The notes beneath the pieces were generated by a model. That model was not told the DNA's origin and ran no database searches. It saw nothing but the letters and a program-made list of their open reading frames with translations. Source: Candidatus Daviesbacteria bacterium (lineage in GTDB: Bacteria; Patescibacteriota; Microgenomatia; Daviesbacterales; UBA10151). Taken from it: DNA of 64,000 nt. Positions 63,022 to 64,000 of the stretch are shown here, piece after piece. The translations under genes were made by a program, and so were the position numbers. The stretch spans positions 514,619 to 578,618 of the forward strand of contig CP066688.1 of assembly GCA_016432425.1 (NCBI GenBank), read 5' to 3'. The first letter of the stretch is position 1; every line of letters begins with the position of its first letter.

Positions 63022-64000
63022 ATGCTGAATAGAATTTGGGCACTTTTTTCTGAAGATGTGGGAATAGACTTGGGGACAGTTAATACCTTGGTTTTTGTTA
63101 AAGGTAAAGGTATTGTCATTCGCGAGCCCACAGTGGTAGCTATTCACAGGAAAACCCGCCAAGTTTTAGCTATTGGTAGCCAGGCCAAAAGGATGTTGGG
63201 GCGCACTCCGGCGGCTATTGAAGCAGTCAGGCCTTTGCGTGATGGGGTGATTTCTGATTTTGATACTACTGAGGCCATGTTGCGCTATTTTATTCATCAA
63301 GTTCACCAAACTCCTGGTAAATCATTTTTGGGGGGAATTAGAATTCCTAAACCCCGGATAGTAGTAGGGATTCCCTCAGGTGTGACTGAGGTAGAAAGAA
63401 GGGCAGTTCAGGATGCCTGTCTATCAGCGGGAGCTAGAGAAGCTTATCTAATTGAGGAACCGATGGCAGCTGCCATTGGAGCAAAACTTCCCGTAGAAGA
63501 ACCAGAAGGGGTCATGATTGTAGATATAGGGGGTGGGACTTCCGAGATTGCCGTCATCTCCCTAGGAGGAATGGTAATTAACCGCTCCTTGCGGGTGGCA
63601 GGCGATGAAATGGATGAGGATATTATCAATTATTTGCGGATGAGATATGGGCTCTTGATTGGTGAAAAAACTGCGGAAGAGGTTAAATTAGAAATTGGCA
63701 GTGCGGTGGAGGATTGGTCAGACAAAAACCATCATCTGGAGACAATTGTCAGGGGTAGGGATCTTTCCAATGGATTACCTAAGTCTTTAAAGATTAGTGA
63801 GGTGGAAATTAGGGAAGCTCTGTCGAATACCATTAACCAAATAGTAGGGGTTATTCAGGAAGTTTTGGAAGAAACCCCGCCGGAGCTGTTAACAGATATT
63901 GTCAGCCGGGGAATTGTGTTGGCAGGGGGAGGAGCACTGGTTAGGGGTTTGGATAAAAAAATCTCCCAGGAAACTAAGCTGCCGGTTTTAGTGGCTGATG
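63022..64000 (+). CDS. mreB: MreB actin-like protein, paralog 2. Partial, runs off the window end.
   Basis: [26 protein letters not shown]..., DIGGGTSE. ~50% identical to the 24504..25526 paralog. Confidence 0.85.
   Translation, partial: MLNRIWALFSEDVGIDLGTVNTLVFVKGKGIVIREPTVVAIHRKTRQVLAIGSQAKRMLGRTPAAIEAVRPLRDGVISDFDTTEAMLRYFIHQVHQTPGKSFLGGIRIPKPRIVVGIPSGVTEVERRAVQDACLSAGAREAYLIEEPMAAAIGAKLPVEEPEGVMIVDIGGGTSEIAVISLGGMVINRSLRVAGDEMDEDIINYLRMRYGLLIGEKTAEEVKLEIGSAVEDWSDKNHHLETIVRGRDLSNGLPKSLKISEVEIREALSNTINQIVGVIQEVLEETPPELLTDIVSRGIVLAGGGALVRGLDKKISQETKLPVLVAD

Noticed and set aside
1-64000. CRISPR arrays, IS elements, integrases, phage structural gene clusters.
   Set aside because: No regularly spaced short direct repeats with unique spacers, and no transposase, integrase or terminase-like ORFs. 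Mobile-DNA signals are limited to the miniature repeats and the tRNA-Pro scar.

Overview
This 64-kb window reads like a low-GC (~42%), gene-dense bacterial chromosome, most consistent with a CPR/Patescibacteria-type organism. That placement is an inference from gene content: truncated comEC core, PaaX-like small regulators, O-antigen-ligase-TPR proteins, DUF5667 giant secreted proteins, ribosomal proteins with extensions, and many leaderless promoters. The window contains housekeeping genes (leuS, argS, ndk, def-fmt, two mreB paralogs, PBP1A, rpmG, rpmB). It also contains a secE-nusG-rplK-rplA ... rplJ-rplL cluster split by an ~8.7 kb island of cell-surface genes, and five tRNA genes (Pro, Arg, Trp, Thr x2). 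A 10.5-kb gene encodes a 3,497-aa protein with two N-terminal excisionase-type HTH domains, one TM helix, a CBM4/9-like module and kilobases of Thr/Gly-rich beta-helix/tail-fiber-like repeats. Further surface or secreted genes include a DUF5667/Cys-repeat protein of 1,695 aa, dockerin, FN3, sortase, PEGA, GH1/GH5 and glycosyltransferases. Several hypothetical gene modules are also present.

The most unusual signals are non-genic:
- A family of ~25-70 nt interspersed repeats. One 70-nt copy is 100% identical between an in-frame insertion inside leuS and the 3' end of a glycosyltransferase gene. This resembles Rickettsia palindromic elements (RPE), which also insert in-frame.
- A conserved mini-ORF ATG-AAG-GGR-ACC-TTC-stop (MKGTF), with an embedded hairpin, placed 7 nt upstream of three unrelated start codons.
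- Two paralogous PaaX-like regulator genes, each flanked on both sides by its own ~34-bp palindrome. One family is CGATCG-centred and the other CGGCCG-centred. The palindromes sit inside promoter spacers, and further copies lie at the comEC, leuS/giant-gene and a secreted-protein promoter.

No CRISPR array, rRNA, transposase or integrase gene was found.
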